A DNA stretch of 64,000 nt from an uncultured virus (IMG/VR IMGVR_UViG_3300022752_000050) (taxonomy: Duplodnaviria; Heunggongvirae; Uroviricota; Caudoviricetes): IMG/VR virus record IMGVR_UViG_3300022752_000050; one strand, given 5' to 3'. Made by a program: the position numbers and the translations under genes. The notes below the pieces were generated by a model. It worked only from the letters and a program-made list of their open reading frames with translations, had not been told where the DNA came from and ran no database searches. Positions 47,304 through 57,473 of the stretch are shown one piece after another. Position 1 is the stretch's first letter. Every line of letters begins with the position of its first letter.

Positions 47304-50300
47304 AGAAATTTTGTCCCTCAACAATTCCATATAAAGTTGCACCTTGATCAAACGTTCTAAATCTGTAAATGTCAGTTGCATATGCTGTTGTCGTTACAGT
47401 TGGGAAACTTCCACCACTCCAATAAACAGTAACTCCTGCTCCAACAGAATTTTTAAATGTATCAATTCCTACAGAATATCCTGTTGATCCTTGAGTAATT
47501 TTAATGACAAAAGATGTTGCTTCTGATGGTGCATTTAGAAGTGTAAATTGAGATGCAGCAGAATTAACAGTAAGATTAAATGTTTGTGCTTTCTGAAGAT
47601 CAATATTTACATTTCCACCAGAAACCGAAACATTCTCAATTGCTTCAGAATATGTTTTAAATCTTGCTGATCCCTCAATGTCAAGTTTTGCTCTTGGAGA
47701 AACTGTTCCAATTCCAACCAGTTGCGATGATGTTGTGGTGATTACAGTTCCGCTTGTTCCAACAACTAAAGTAGAAGTTGTGACAATGCCAGATCTGATA
47801 TTTGACCCAGAACTATCTAAGCGATATGAAGTTGATGTTAATATTCCAGTGACATCTAAGTTGGAAACCGAAACAACACCAACAAATACAGAGCGATTAT
47901 TTACAAGGAAATCAATTGTTCCTGCTTTTGGAGCTCCAACCTCAAGACGTACAGAAGGAACAGAAGTTCCAATTCCAACTCTTGTGAGAGCAGTATCATA
48001 AATTCCAGTATTTCCAGCACCAGCGACTTGAGCCCATCCAGTTGCTGAAACATTCAGACTTGTTAATCCAGAACCATCTCCAACAAATTTAAGCGCAGTA
48101 ACTGTTCCACTAACACCAATGTTAGCACTATAATCAGCATCACCAACAACACGAAGTTTTTTGCCATTTGCTGTGGTTCCGATACCAACACCATCATAAT
48201 CAACGGAAACTAATGAAGTTCCAGCACCAATACGAAGAACTGAAGTGTTTGTTAAGGTAGTAGTTGCAATTCCAACTTGATCAAATAATGGAATATTTGA
48301 GAACTTTGAGATACTAACGCTACCGAATCTTCTCCAATCTTTATCAAACGTATAAATCCAACCAAGATGTCCGCCTTGTCCTGGATTATCAGAATAAATC
48401 GTATCTCCAGGAATGGAAGAAGAAGATGGTGTTGAGATACCAACTGTATATTTTCTTGAGATGGATGCATCTCCCTGAAGATAAAGAAGTTTTGACTCAA
48501 TTCCATCATCCGATGTTGATTTTAACCTATCGTTAAAATTAACAGGACCATTAAATTCAGAAAGAGAATTATTTTCCAATCCACCTTCTACACGAATCGA
48601 ATTTGAAATAACTGCATTTGAAGTTCTTAAAACGTTTACTGAAGAAGATTCAAGAATATTCTCACCAGTTACGGTTACGATAGGAGTTTCGAAAACTTCT
48701 TCCTTTCCAGTAATCGAACTTAATTTTTTATTTCCTGCAAAAGAAACACCACGATCATTCATTCCTGAGAAGAAATTAATTCCACCATCTTTCTTTACAC
48801 TTTGAGCCAACAACTCTTCTTCAATGCTTACAGTACGATCATGCTTATCTGGAAGTCCAGTTGAGTAGTTTCCAGGACCGAATCCAATATACTCAAAGGT
48901 GTGACCAGAAGCCCTACTAATTGAGTGTCTTCTAAATTCTACTGGATATGCTTTAATTTTTCTAACAACAGAACCAATTGCGTGTGAGGATGGTTTTGTT
49001 CCAAAAACTCCACGGAAAACAATAATTGGATTTATTGCAGGATTTGCTGGATTAGTTTTAACTCTTACAATTTCATCATCAATTGTTAGATAATCTCCAA
49101 TTGTGATTCCAAGTCTATCCACATTTGTGAGTGAAATTTGAGTAGTTACCGCATCTGCAATTCCTGAAGAAAGGGTTGTTGTAAATCCAGCATAAGTTGG
49201 AACCATTCTTCCGTTTAAACTTTCATAATTTGCTGAAATTGTTCCATCTTGCGATGTAATTCCTTCAATTAATCCAAACATTGAAGATCCAATCGCAAGA
49301 ACACTTGTTGTAGCACCAACACCCACATTAATTGCAAATTTAGTCAAACTAATGTTTTCCTTGATAACAAAATCTCCATTAAATGCTGGAATTGTTGCAA
49401 TTCCAGAAGAAATTCTAATCTTTGCATTAATCTTTAATGCATGATTATTGTTTGTTGTAACAGTTGCAATTCCTGATGTTGGATCATAAGTAATGTTATT
49501 AATTTTGAGTGATTCTCCAAGTAAATTCCAAAAAGCATTTGCTAATGTTGTTGATCCTATTCCTGCTGTAGTAACGTTAGTAATTGCTGGATCACTTGCA
49601 ACAGTAAACGATTTGGAAGCACCAACCTGAACACCAGTAATTCTATAAATTGTATTATATGGAAGATATGTATTTGAGGAGACACCAGAGATACGAATTA
49701 CATCTCCGACATTATCATATACACTATCAACTCTTACAACTGCTGGTGTGTGAGTAACTCCAGTGGTTGCAATTCCAACAACTTGCATTGTGTTGCCAAC
49801 ACCATATGCACTTCCGCCATGCATAATTAATATGTTGGTGATTCCACCAGTTGCACTTACAGTAACTTTTGCAGTTGCATGTTGTCCTGTTGTGGAACTT
49901 CCGATGCTGATCAATTTTGCATTATAATATTCTGCTTGGACTCCAGTTCCATAGTTAACACCACTACTTGCAATACTGACTTTCGCAATACGATTTAATC
50001 CGTGATCAATTTGAGTATTGATTGTATGTTGAGTTCCTCCAACGCTGGTAATGATATCAGTGATTCCTGTTCCCACATTAATATCAGAAATAAATTTCTC
50101 AATCGTTTCCTTAGTGACGCTATTCCTTGGATCGTCTACAACAACTTTTCCAATTAATTTGGAAATTGCATGAGAAGTTGCTGAATTGGGATCAGAAACT
50201 GGATTATCTCTACTTACTTCAGGATATAGATTTCTAACTGATTGAGAAAACTTTTCTGAAGTAAATGGACTAATAGCTGGTTTAACTGAGGAATTTAATA

Positions 50301-53193
50301 GTGTAAGATAATAAATTCCATCTTGTGATCCATTGACATAAGGTTGAATTTCTTCTTTTTCCTGAATGTAATATGTTGTTTGATATTTTTTTCTCTTGTA
50401 ATATGGAAGATTTGTATCTCTAACTAATAAATCACTACTAAATGACCCTGGATTTGTGCTTAAGTTTATGGTAAATTCTCTAGCACTATTAATTCCAACA
50501 ACAGAATAAGATCCATTATATCCGGAATTTGCAACACCAGTAATATTGTTTCCGCTCTTGATATTAAGAATCTCGACTTGAGATCCTACAGATAAATTAT
50601 GTGGCAAATCTGTCAGGATATTAGCCTGAGAATTTGTGGAGCTCCAGTTTGCATTAGAAATAAATCTGAAATTTCTTTGTTGATTGACATTGTTAATTGT
50701 TCCAGATCCAAAATATGCCTGAATCTCAGTAGTTGTCGATCCAATTGAAGTATTAGACTCTTGTAAAATATAACCATCCAGGGGTTCTCTTGCAACAGAT
50801 CCTCCACTCAATGCAGGAATTACGTATCTTACTCTATATCCAGTATCTTTTGCAATTCTATTATCTACTTTCCTCTTAAGATATGTTCGTGAACTAATAT
50901 CTCCAAGAGATGTAGTTCCAAGTCCAACTACAACTTGATTGTAAATTTGATTTTCTGTACTTGCAGATGCTACTTTGACATACCACTGCTTTAATGAGTT
51001 GTCATATTGCACTGGATGACCAATATCACCTGCTTTTTTGTCAGATACTCTACTGATAATCTTTAATTCTCCGCCAAAATTATTGATTGAGATTGATGAT
51101 CCACCTTCGGCATCTTTAGGTGTTTTTGCTAATTTAATATCAGAACCTGATACCAATCCACTGTTTGCATTTGCACTTGTAATTGCGTAGTAAATTGTAT
51201 TTGCATCAATTCCATCTGGAAGACGACCAGTTGAGCTTAGAATACGAATTGATTCGGAATTTTCAAAGGTATGTGATTCTGTGAAAGTAATTGTATTACT
51301 TGTAATACTGTTTACTCCAGCAACACTTCTATTAATTTTAAATACTTTCTCAGAACTTGACTGAGAATTTGGCATTACAATACGTGAGAAATATTCTTGA
51401 GTTCCGTTTTGAGTGGGAACTAAAACATATAATTTATCATTTTCTCTTGCCCCAAATCTATATCCAAAATTTATTGTACTTGGTGGATTATCAAAGTTTT
51501 TTTCGCCATCCAAATATAATCTTTCACTTGTTGTTGCGACTCCAACTGTTGTTTTGTAATCTATTTTTCCAAAATCAACTGATATTTCATTGTTTGGAAA
51601 TTCTTTAGGTGGAATAATGTGCGTGATATAACCTAAATCATTTTGTGAAAAAGCATTCCTTTTATAACCAATTGAAGTTAAAGCTCTTTGACCAAAGTTG
51701 GAGTTTGAGTTAGATATTGAGATTTCTCCACCATTATCAGTCACAAAATGATCTGAGAATCCAATTGCAAATACTGAAACACATTGTACATAAGCATCAT
51801 TAACACATTTGATGTGGTAATTAGAATACGATGGTTTATATACTGCTCTTGAATCTGTATTTAAATTTTCATTTCCAGGAATACTACTATCTTCATATGA
51901 TCCTGTCGAAGAATTAAATTTTACAAATGCATTTGCATCCTTCTGAAGGCCAATTCCTGTGAATTGGGCAACAACCATAGATTTAAATCCCGTAGATTTA
52001 TCTCCATCAGCAAGTAATCCACACATTCCATATGTGGAACGCATTGATACGTTAAAAATATATGGAGAAGCTGAAGTAACAGAATCAGTATTGATTGATA
52101 CAAAAGAACCAACAGAAGATGGTAATGGATCTAATGGTGGGGTTTTAACTTCGTAGGTAAATTGAGTATTGCTAAGTTGCTCTTTAACTACATATTGACC
52201 ATCATAACCACTTGATGTGACTCCTTGTATTTTGATCGGAGTGTCTACAGCGAGTCCGTTAACAGTTGATGTTGTTGTGACAGTAATAGTCGAAGAAGAA
52301 ACTGATCCATTACCTGATTTAATGCTGGATATTCCAACAGACTCTCCCTTGGATCCTACAATTCGATACTCATCAACTTTTGCTTGAATGTCTAATCCAG
52401 TGGATGGATAATCTGGTTGAATTTCACGACCACTTGCAGTTCCATATACAAGACCAACTTTTTCATAATACATGTCAAGATCAGTTCTTGACGAAGAGTA
52501 TGTGCTATAGGAATCACTAATAGATACACCATTTACACCATCAACATACTCAAAACAATTTAATTTGTGATGAGAATAATTTGGAGAAAATGTACTACTT
52601 TCACTATAGTTTCCATAACAAAACTTTTGAGGATCTGCATCTAATATAGTGAATTGCCAAAAATAGCAACCTCCTGTAACTCTAAAAATAGCAGTCGATT
52701 CAATTGTATCATCTGTAGGACGTGGAACATATAATGGTCTGACTCTGGTTTTTCTTAAATCAACACCAACAATTGATGTTCCCCTTGGAATAATAACACC
52801 ACCATGGACACTGTTTAACTTATAAAGAGCATTATTTGGATTTGTTAAATCAAAAGTGGTAGTGGAATCCCAAGCACTATAATCGCCAGATTGCAATCCA
52901 TTTCTCAATCTAAAATTATTTTGTCCATCTGGAATCCAACCTGGTCTATTATCAATTACATGATCGCCCGGATACAACATGATAGTTGTCTGATCAAACC
53001 TATCGTTGTTTAATCCTCTTTGATATGAAAATCTTGATGCCTCAATTAATGCTCTCTGTAGAGTTTTAAATGGGCGAGTTAATGAATTTCCTCTGTTCTC
53101 AATACTATCTGTTGAGTCTAAATCATTAGGACTTACGTAGAGTATATTGCCGCGAACGTTCTTAATAAAATTATCTAATCTGGAGAGACCCAT
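47299..53193 (-). CDS. Large virion structural or tail fibre protein
   Basis: MGLSRLDNFIKN..ILYVSPND, RPFKTLQRALIEA, GGVIIPRGTSIVG, SPYIFNVS, GHTFEYIGFGPGNYST motifs of cyanophage fibres. Confidence 0.8.
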   Translation of the reverse strand: MGLSRLDNFIKNVRGNILYVSPNDLDSTDSIENRGNSLTRPFKTLQRALIEASRFSYQRGLNNDRFDQTTIMLYPGDHVIDNRPGWIPDGQNNFRLRNGLQSGDYSAWDSTTTFDLTNPNNALYKLNSVHGGVIIPRGTSIVGVDLRKTRVRPLYVPRPTDDTIESTAIFRVTGGCYFWQFTILDADPQKFCYGNYSESSTFSPNYSHHKLNCFEYVDGVNGVSISDSYSTYSSSRTDLDMYYEKVGLVYGTASGREIQPDYPSTGLDIQAKVDEYRIVGSKGESVGISSIKSGNGSVSSSTITVTTTSTVNGLAVDTPIKIQGVTSSGYDGQYVVKEQLSNTQFTYEVKTPPLDPLPSSVGSFVSINTDSVTSASPYIFNVSMRSTYGMCGLLADGDKSTGFKSMVVAQFTGIGLQKDANAFVKFNSSTGSYEDSSIPGNENLNTDSRAVYKPSYSNYHIKCVNDAYVQCVSVFAIGFSDHFVTDNGGEISISNSNSNFGQRALTSIGYKRNAFSQNDLGYITHIIPPKEFPNNEISVDFGKIDYKTTVGVATTSERLYLDGEKNFDNPPSTINFGYRFGARENDKLYVLVPTQNGTQEYFSRIVMPNSQSSSEKVFKINRSVAGVNSITSNTITFTESHTFENSESIRILSSTGRLPDGIDANTIYYAITSANANSGLVSGSDIKLAKTPKDAEGGSSISINNFGGELKIISRVSDKKAGDIGHPVQYDNSLKQWYVKVASASTENQIYNQVVVGLGTTSLGDISSRTYLKRKVDNRIAKDTGYRVRYVIPALSGGSVAREPLDGYILQESNTSIGSTTTEIQAYFGSGTINNVNQQRNFRFISNANWSSTNSQANILTDLPHNLSVGSQVEILNIKSGNNITGVANSGYNGSYSVVGINSAREFTINLSTNPGSFSSDLLVRDTNLPYYKRKKYQTTYYIQEKEEIQPYVNGSQDGIYYLTLLNSSVKPAISPFTSEKFSQSVRNLYPEVSRDNPVSDPNSATSHAISKLIGKVVVDDPRNSVTKETIEKFISDINVGTGITDIITSVGGTQHTINTQIDHGLNRIAKVSIASSGVNYGTGVQAEYYNAKLISIGSSTTGQHATAKVTVSATGGITNILIMHGGSAYGVGNTMQVVGIATTGVTHTPAVVRVDSVYDNVGDVIRISGVSSNTYLPYNTIYRITGVQVGASKSFTVASDPAITNVTTAGIGSTTLANAFWNLLGESLKINNITYDPTSGIATVTTNNNHALKINAKIRISSGIATIPAFNGDFVIKENISLTKFAINVGVGATTSVLAIGSSMFGLIEGITSQDGTISANYESLNGRMVPTYAGFTTTLSSGIADAVTTQISLTNVDRLGITIGDYLTIDDEIVRVKTNPANPAINPIIVFRGVFGTKPSSHAIGSVVRKIKAYPVEFRRHSISRASGHTFEYIGFGPGNYSTGLPDKHDRTVSIEEELLAQSVKKDGGINFFSGMNDRGVSFAGNKKLSSITGKEEVFETPIVTVTGENILESSSVNVLRTSNAVISNSIRVEGGLENNSLSEFNGPVNFNDRLKSTSDDGIESKLLYLQGDASISRKYTVGISTPSSSSIPGDTIYSDNPGQGGHLGWIYTFDKDWRRFGSVSISKFSNIPLFDQVGIATTTLTNTSVLRIGAGTSLVSVDYDGVGIGTTANGKKLRVVGDADYSANIGVSGTVTALKFVGDGSGLTSLNVSATGWAQVAGAGNTGIYDTALTRVGIGTSVPSVRLEVGAPKAGTIDFLVNNRSVFVGVVSVSNLDVTGILTSTSYRLDSSGSNIRSGIVTTSTLVVGTSGTVITTTSSQLVGIGTVSPRAKLDIEGSARFKTYSEAIENVSVSGGNVNIDLQKAQTFNLTVNSAASQFTLLNAPSEATSFVIKITQGSTGYSVGIDTFKNSVGAGVTVYWSGGSFPTVTTTAYATDIYRFRTFDQGATLYGIVEGQNFS

Positions 53194-53224
53194 TTTATTA
53201 GTGCTTATAGTTTCCGTTATGGAT

Positions 53225-53260
53225 TATTTATCATACAACAAAACCACCATAAGGTGGTTT
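53225..53260 (-). terminator. Terminator-like hairpin followed by late promoter GATAAATA
   Basis: AAACCACC-4 nt-GGTGGTTT at 53241-53260; tatttatc at 53225-53232. Confidence 0.55.
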
Positions 53261-53301
53261 CGAAGTCACACTTTTTGGGTCACTGCGAATTAGTATCGCA
53301 C

Positions 53302-53484
53302 TTATATATTAGCACACTTTTCTTCTTTCCACAACATGTATTCTACCGTATTTGCTACATCATTCATAGCATCACGCAAGTCTGGTCTTTGTCCTGATTC
53401 TTGTTTTAGAATTGGGCGAGAGTCATCAGTCAAAGTCCATCTCCATTGATTCATATCCTTACAATACCACAGATTAATTTTCAT
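53302..53484 (-). CDS. Hypothetical protein
   Basis: 60 aa; MKINLWY...QWRWTL. Confidence 0.65.
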   Translation of the reverse strand: MKINLWYCKDMNQWRWTLTDDSRPILKQESGQRPDLRDAMNDVANTVEYMLWKEEKCANI

Positions 53485-53651
53485 TTTTAAAATACTCCAG
53501 TTCTATCCAACGAAGAAGTGTATTATAAGCATAGATGGATGCTTCTGTACAGTTATCTTCTTTGAGTTTATGAATATAATATTCTAATGCTTCAATGACC
53601 ATTTCTCGGTCTTTTTGTGAAATTAATGACATTGGAGTTTTATAGAACTCA

Positions 53652-53736
53652 AGCTGGAGACAGGATTTGAACCTGCGGTGTCCTTTCGGAGCGGCATTAC
53701 AAGTGCCGTGCGTTCGACCTCTACGCTAACTCCAGC
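53652..53736 (-). tRNA. tRNA-Thr(UGU) with long variable arm, no encoded CCA
   Basis: Acceptor GCTGGAG/CTCCAGC; anticodon arm CGGCA-CTTGTAA-TGCCG; T arm GCAGG-TTCAAAT-CCTGT. Confidence 0.8.
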
Positions 53737-53744
53737 GTATTTAA

Positions 53745-54014
53745 TTAATCTGTTGGTAATAACTCTGGATTTTCTAATTCTACCTCAAAAAGCATCGGAT
53801 GGCAAAGTTCATCAATTAAGTAAAATGAGGAACGATACAAATCTTCGGGTTCATAAGACCGTTCATAATTTGCCGATTGCACCACTTCTGCTGTATGAAG
53901 TGCCGTATGAGGTAATTCGTCAAAAGTAAAAGGAATGTGATTAATGAAGTACATTAACACAATTTGAGTTTTGTTATTGTACCAACAATAAGCAGTATCT
54001 ATGCGATATTTCAT
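53745..54014 (-). CDS. Hypothetical protein between the tRNAs
   Basis: Start corrected to MKYRIDTAYCWY because the longer ORF overlaps tRNA-Leu. Confidence 0.7.
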   Translation of the reverse strand: MKYRIDTAYCWYNNKTQIVLMYFINHIPFTFDELPHTALHTAEVVQSANYERSYEPEDLYRSSFYLIDELCHPMLFEVELENPELLPTD

Positions 54015-54062
54015 AGAGTGAACTTGCTTTTGTTTATTTAGGAATTGATTAAGAACTCCTAA

Positions 54063-54343
54063 TGGGAGCGGCGAGACTTGAACTCGCATAGCCGAAGCCG
54101 ACGGATTTTCTTACCACTACAAGTTTCCTTGCCCTTACGGTTTGTGGTCTGGACTATACCTTCACCATACTTTACAGTTTAGGTGCTCCCCGTCTAGTCT
54201 CTACACCTTCATCTTGCGATGCTTGGCTCGGTATTGCCATTTTACAGGTTTCACCGAATTTGAGGAGTTACACTCATAAGGTTTCCCAAATGAGGCTCAA
54301 TTTTACATAAGTCCGTTGTGTCTACCGATTCCACCACGCTCCC
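54063..54343 (-). tRNA. trnL: tRNA-Leu(UAA), intron-containing (exons 54343-54309 and 54109-54063)
   Basis: GGGAGCG/CGCTCCC acceptor; spliced anticodon arm ACGGA-CTTAAAA-TCCGT; long variable arm; GCGAG-TTCAAGT-CTCGC T arm. Confidence 0.92.
54110..54308 (-). ncRNA. Group I intron (trnL-UAA type), 199 nt, no ORF
   Basis: Inserted after U34 and ends in G; core motifs AATTGAGCC, AAATTCGGTGAAACC, AATACCGAGCCAA, GTGTAGAGACTAGA, AAGGTATAGTCC. Confidence 0.9.
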
Positions 54344-54375
54344 ATAAAAACTCAGAAAATCTGAGTTACCTTAAA

Positions 54376-54561
54376 TCAAATAACAGGATTTGCGTATGAA
54401 AGAGTTTCCTCATCAACTGTGTTACGAACAAATTCTAGCACATTCATAAATTGCTCAACGGTCTCACAGGACACTTGTTTTTCTGACCCCTCGCTGGAAT
54501 AAAGATACACGGTTTTTTTAAGAGGGTCAACCACACACCGAGACAGATACTCGTCTTTCAT
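54376..54561 (-). CDS. Hypothetical protein
   Basis: 61-aa ORF. Confidence 0.65.
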   Translation of the reverse strand: MKDEYLSRCVVDPLKKTVYLYSSEGSEKQVSCETVEQFMNVLEFVRNTVDEETLSYANPVI

Positions 54562-54611
54562 AAGTTCGTTTGTTGATTACCCATTTATCATAGCATGGGA
54601 TCAAGAGCATG

Positions 54612-55406
54612 TCAAGGGTATGAGGAAATGATAGAAGAAGCAGAATTGTTTGATGTGATACCAACACTTAAACTGCTGCTTGATTTATTCAAGGACCACC
54701 ATTCTAATTGTGCTGAATGTTTATATCCCTTTAGTAAATTTGCATTGTTTGCGTGAGATGCTAGTCCAACATATTCACTATTATATTGTGTTTTGAGAGA
54801 TGAAAGACTGTTTGCAATACCAGTATATTCGGCACATCCTGGAGCTGCGAACGCGAATACAATTCCAGCAGAAGATCCACCCCCTCTTGTGTAGGATGTA
54901 GATTTTCCGATCCCAGCATTTGAGGACGTAATAGTAACATAACCTTCTCCTTCCAATGGATTATCTCCAGAAGCATCTAAAGTTTCTAGTTTTGGATAAC
55001 GATATGCTTCCAAAGCATCATATTTGATTGTGCCGTAGGTAACAGTAGTTGCAGATCCATTATTAATTCCAAAAGTTGAACCATAAGCAGTTGCCACACC
55101 ACTTACTAAATCACCATAAAGTGTAGTCATGGCAAATGCGCCAAGTGCAATATTTTTGATGTAACAATCCGATCCAAGACCAGTATTTCCACCAACAGTT
55201 GCAATATCTAACTGTCTTTGTTTAACTTTATTAAATAACGTCAACGCAGCATTATCAACTGAAGTGCATGGTATTTTCCATTTAGAAACAGTCTCACTTG
55301 CAATACCAATAGATTCAACTAGTGGACCAACAATTGCTGCACCACCAACAGTATTCGAGTTTGTTAAAATTTCACTAACAGTGAGTGTTGTACTTGCGAA
55401 TCCCAT
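54612..55406 (-). CDS. Putative virion structural protein
   Basis: 264 aa, S/T/G-rich; end of the gp5 operon. Confidence 0.6.
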   Translation of the reverse strand: MGFASTTLTVSEILTNSNTVGGAAIVGPLVESIGIASETVSKWKIPCTSVDNAALTLFNKVKQRQLDIATVGGNTGLGSDCYIKNIALGAFAMTTLYGDLVSGVATAYGSTFGINNGSATTVTYGTIKYDALEAYRYPKLETLDASGDNPLEGEGYVTITSSNAGIGKSTSYTRGGGSSAGIVFAFAAPGCAEYTGIANSLSSLKTQYNSEYVGLASHANNANLLKGYKHSAQLEWWSLNKSSSSLSVGITSNNSASSIISSYP

Positions 55407-56194
55407 TATGACTCACTCCTTAAATTTAACCAATCTTGACCAGGATAATCTTTTGGTGATGTTCCTTCATATTCTACAATAAGTTTTTCCATATCTTTTC
55501 TTTCTGCATAAACAGTATAATGACAAGAAATTGGACCTCCTTCACGATTTTTAACAATAATATTTTTGCCCCACTCAATTTTTTCAACAAATAATTCTTG
55601 ATAAGATCCAACTGGAGTAAGATTAACTGTAATTGACTCTTGATCAATCAAATTTTCCCAGTAATCTGGAAGTGTAATGGTATTTGTATCTTGTAGTTTT
55701 CCACGATAATAAACACCAATTTCTGGTCCCTCTAAGGATACGTGACGTAATCGTTGTCCTTTTTTAGATGGGTGTGGAATATCAAATGGTTTTGCAGGCA
55801 ATGCTTTTGCCAGATTAATATTTGATGCAACATCACCTACACCCGTGAGAGTCATTGTAGCGTTTGCAAAGATTGGTCCATTGCAAATAATTTTATCATT
55901 TACAATCACCTGTCCACTTACAATAGTATTTCTAGATTGTATTCTAAACGTTGGAATTTCACCTTGACTGTGAGCAAGTGTCATTATCTGAGTTGCAGTT
56001 CCATTGCAATAAAATCCAACATAATTTGCATTATTATTAAACAAAACCATTGCAAGATCTGTTAATTTAAATGATGTGTCTTCTGGCGAATCTGTATGCC
56101 AAAATCCTTCTTGAGAAAGGGCATCATAATTGTAGTCTCCACTAAAACTATTCGGACCTGTGAAAGTTCCATAGTTAACAAATTTAAATGACAT
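55406..56194 (-). CDS. Putative tail or spike-associated protein
   Basis: C-terminal KPFDIPHPSKKG.RLRHVSLEGPE..VYYRG domain; paralogue of the neighbour. Confidence 0.65.
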   Translation of the reverse strand: MSFKFVNYGTFTGPNSFSGDYNYDALSQEGFWHTDSPEDTSFKLTDLAMVLFNNNANYVGFYCNGTATQIMTLAHSQGEIPTFRIQSRNTIVSGQVIVNDKIICNGPIFANATMTLTGVGDVASNINLAKALPAKPFDIPHPSKKGQRLRHVSLEGPEIGVYYRGKLQDTNTITLPDYWENLIDQESITVNLTPVGSYQELFVEKIEWGKNIIVKNREGGPISCHYTVYAERKDMEKLIVEYEGTSPKDYPGQDWLNLRSES

Positions 56195-56865
56195 TAACCA
56201 TCAACCTCCGTAACTAATCTTGAAATATCTACGCGAGTTCCAAATACATGAAAATAACAATCAATTGGCATACCACCATTTGATTGCAAATGAATTACAT
56301 TATCATTGATTCTTTTTACAATTACATTTTGATGCGATCCTACTGGAGTTAGACTCACAGTAATTGAGGTTGGATCAACAAGTTTTGTCCAATATTCCGG
56401 AAGATAGATTTGAGTTTTATTTCTTACTCTACCCCTAAAATATACTGCATTTTCTGGTCCTTCCAAACAAGAATGAACAAGTTTCATTCCTTCTTTTGTT
56501 GGATGATCAATAAGAAAGTTTTTAGATCTTGCCATCAAAACTTCAGTATAAATTATTTTTGCTTTGACTAATTTAACCGTTAAAAGGGTATCAACTTTGA
56601 GAAAATCTCTAATTCGCGCATAAGTTTTAACAACCAATGCATAAAATGGAATTTTACCTTTAATATTATCTGATGCTTGCCCAAGCATCGTTACACCCTC
56701 TGCGGTTGTAAAGTCACTAATATTTCCGTTTTGATGTGGTCCTTCACAATACATTGACCCATCTGTTCTTAAAGGACCAACGCCAAGTGCAGATGGGATT
56801 TTTCCCTCTTTGCAAACCAAATGTTGTCCTTTATAAATGTGTGTTTCGTCAAATTGAAAAGCCAT
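56194..56865 (-). CDS. Putative tail or spike-associated protein
   Basis: KNFLIDHPTKEG.KLVHSCLEGPE..VYFRG domain. Confidence 0.65.
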   Translation of the reverse strand: MAFQFDETHIYKGQHLVCKEGKIPSALGVGPLRTDGSMYCEGPHQNGNISDFTTAEGVTMLGQASDNIKGKIPFYALVVKTYARIRDFLKVDTLLTVKLVKAKIIYTEVLMARSKNFLIDHPTKEGMKLVHSCLEGPENAVYFRGRVRNKTQIYLPEYWTKLVDPTSITVSLTPVGSHQNVIVKRINDNVIHLQSNGGMPIDCYFHVFGTRVDISRLVTEVDG

Positions 56866-56878
56866 AATTCTCCTTTGA

Positions 56879-57430
56879 TTAAGATCTTCCTAAAGTGCCA
56901 GGTGGTTTTTTGGAACCAGCTGCAGCAGATGCACCATTACAACTTGGAGCACTCATTTCCATTCCCAATTTTCCAGTCAAACTTAAAAGTCCTGTTGCTA
57001 ATAATTTTAATGCCTCTTTTGCATTTAATGTAATATTATTTGCATCTAATTTAAAACCATTGTTTGCTAAAGCAGCAATAAAACCTTGTTTGCCAGATCC
57101 TGTTGCGGTGATTTCAATATCAAGACCTTCAATTCTAATCTTTCCATTTCTAGCTCTAATAATTATATCACCATTTTCGGAATTAAAAAAGATTCCATCC
57201 TGTTGTTGCTTTAAATCCTCTCCAGCATTAATCTGAATTGCTCCTGGAGCATTAATTGTTGTCCAACCCTTTCTTTCACCATTCTCTGTTAAATCTATAA
57301 AGTGTCTTCCATCTTTTCCTTTGATCTCAACCGCAGAAGTGCATGTTTGATCTTCTGACAAGACACCAAAAGATAATGCACCATTCAGAGTCTGAATAAC
57401 TTGTCCCCAATAATTTTTCTTTTGTGCCAT
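56879..57430 (-). CDS. Putative gp5 C-terminal-like beta-helix spike protein
   Basis: Alternating hydrophobic beta repeats (NGDIIIRARNGKIRIEGLDIEITA); position after gp5. Confidence 0.55.
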   Translation of the reverse strand: MAQKKNYWGQVIQTLNGALSFGVLSEDQTCTSAVEIKGKDGRHFIDLTENGERKGWTTINAPGAIQINAGEDLKQQQDGIFFNSENGDIIIRARNGKIRIEGLDIEITATGSGKQGFIAALANNGFKLDANNITLNAKEALKLLATGLLSLTGKLGMEMSAPSCNGASAAAGSKKPPGTLGRS

Positions 57431-57473
57431 GAATAAAAGTAAGGTTTCTTAGTATTTATTGCTCATAATCAAA

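Noticed and set aside
53652..53736. tRNA-Tyr(GUA) or Sec call for the long-arm tRNA
   Set aside because: The 5-bp stem frames the loop CTTGTAA with TGT central; GTA is off-register and the acceptor pairs fit Thr.
53678..54089. ORFs overlapping the tRNAs (53678-53929 plus strand; 5' extension of 53745-54089)
   Set aside because: They overlap well-formed tRNA genes; the minus-strand protein more plausibly starts at 54014.
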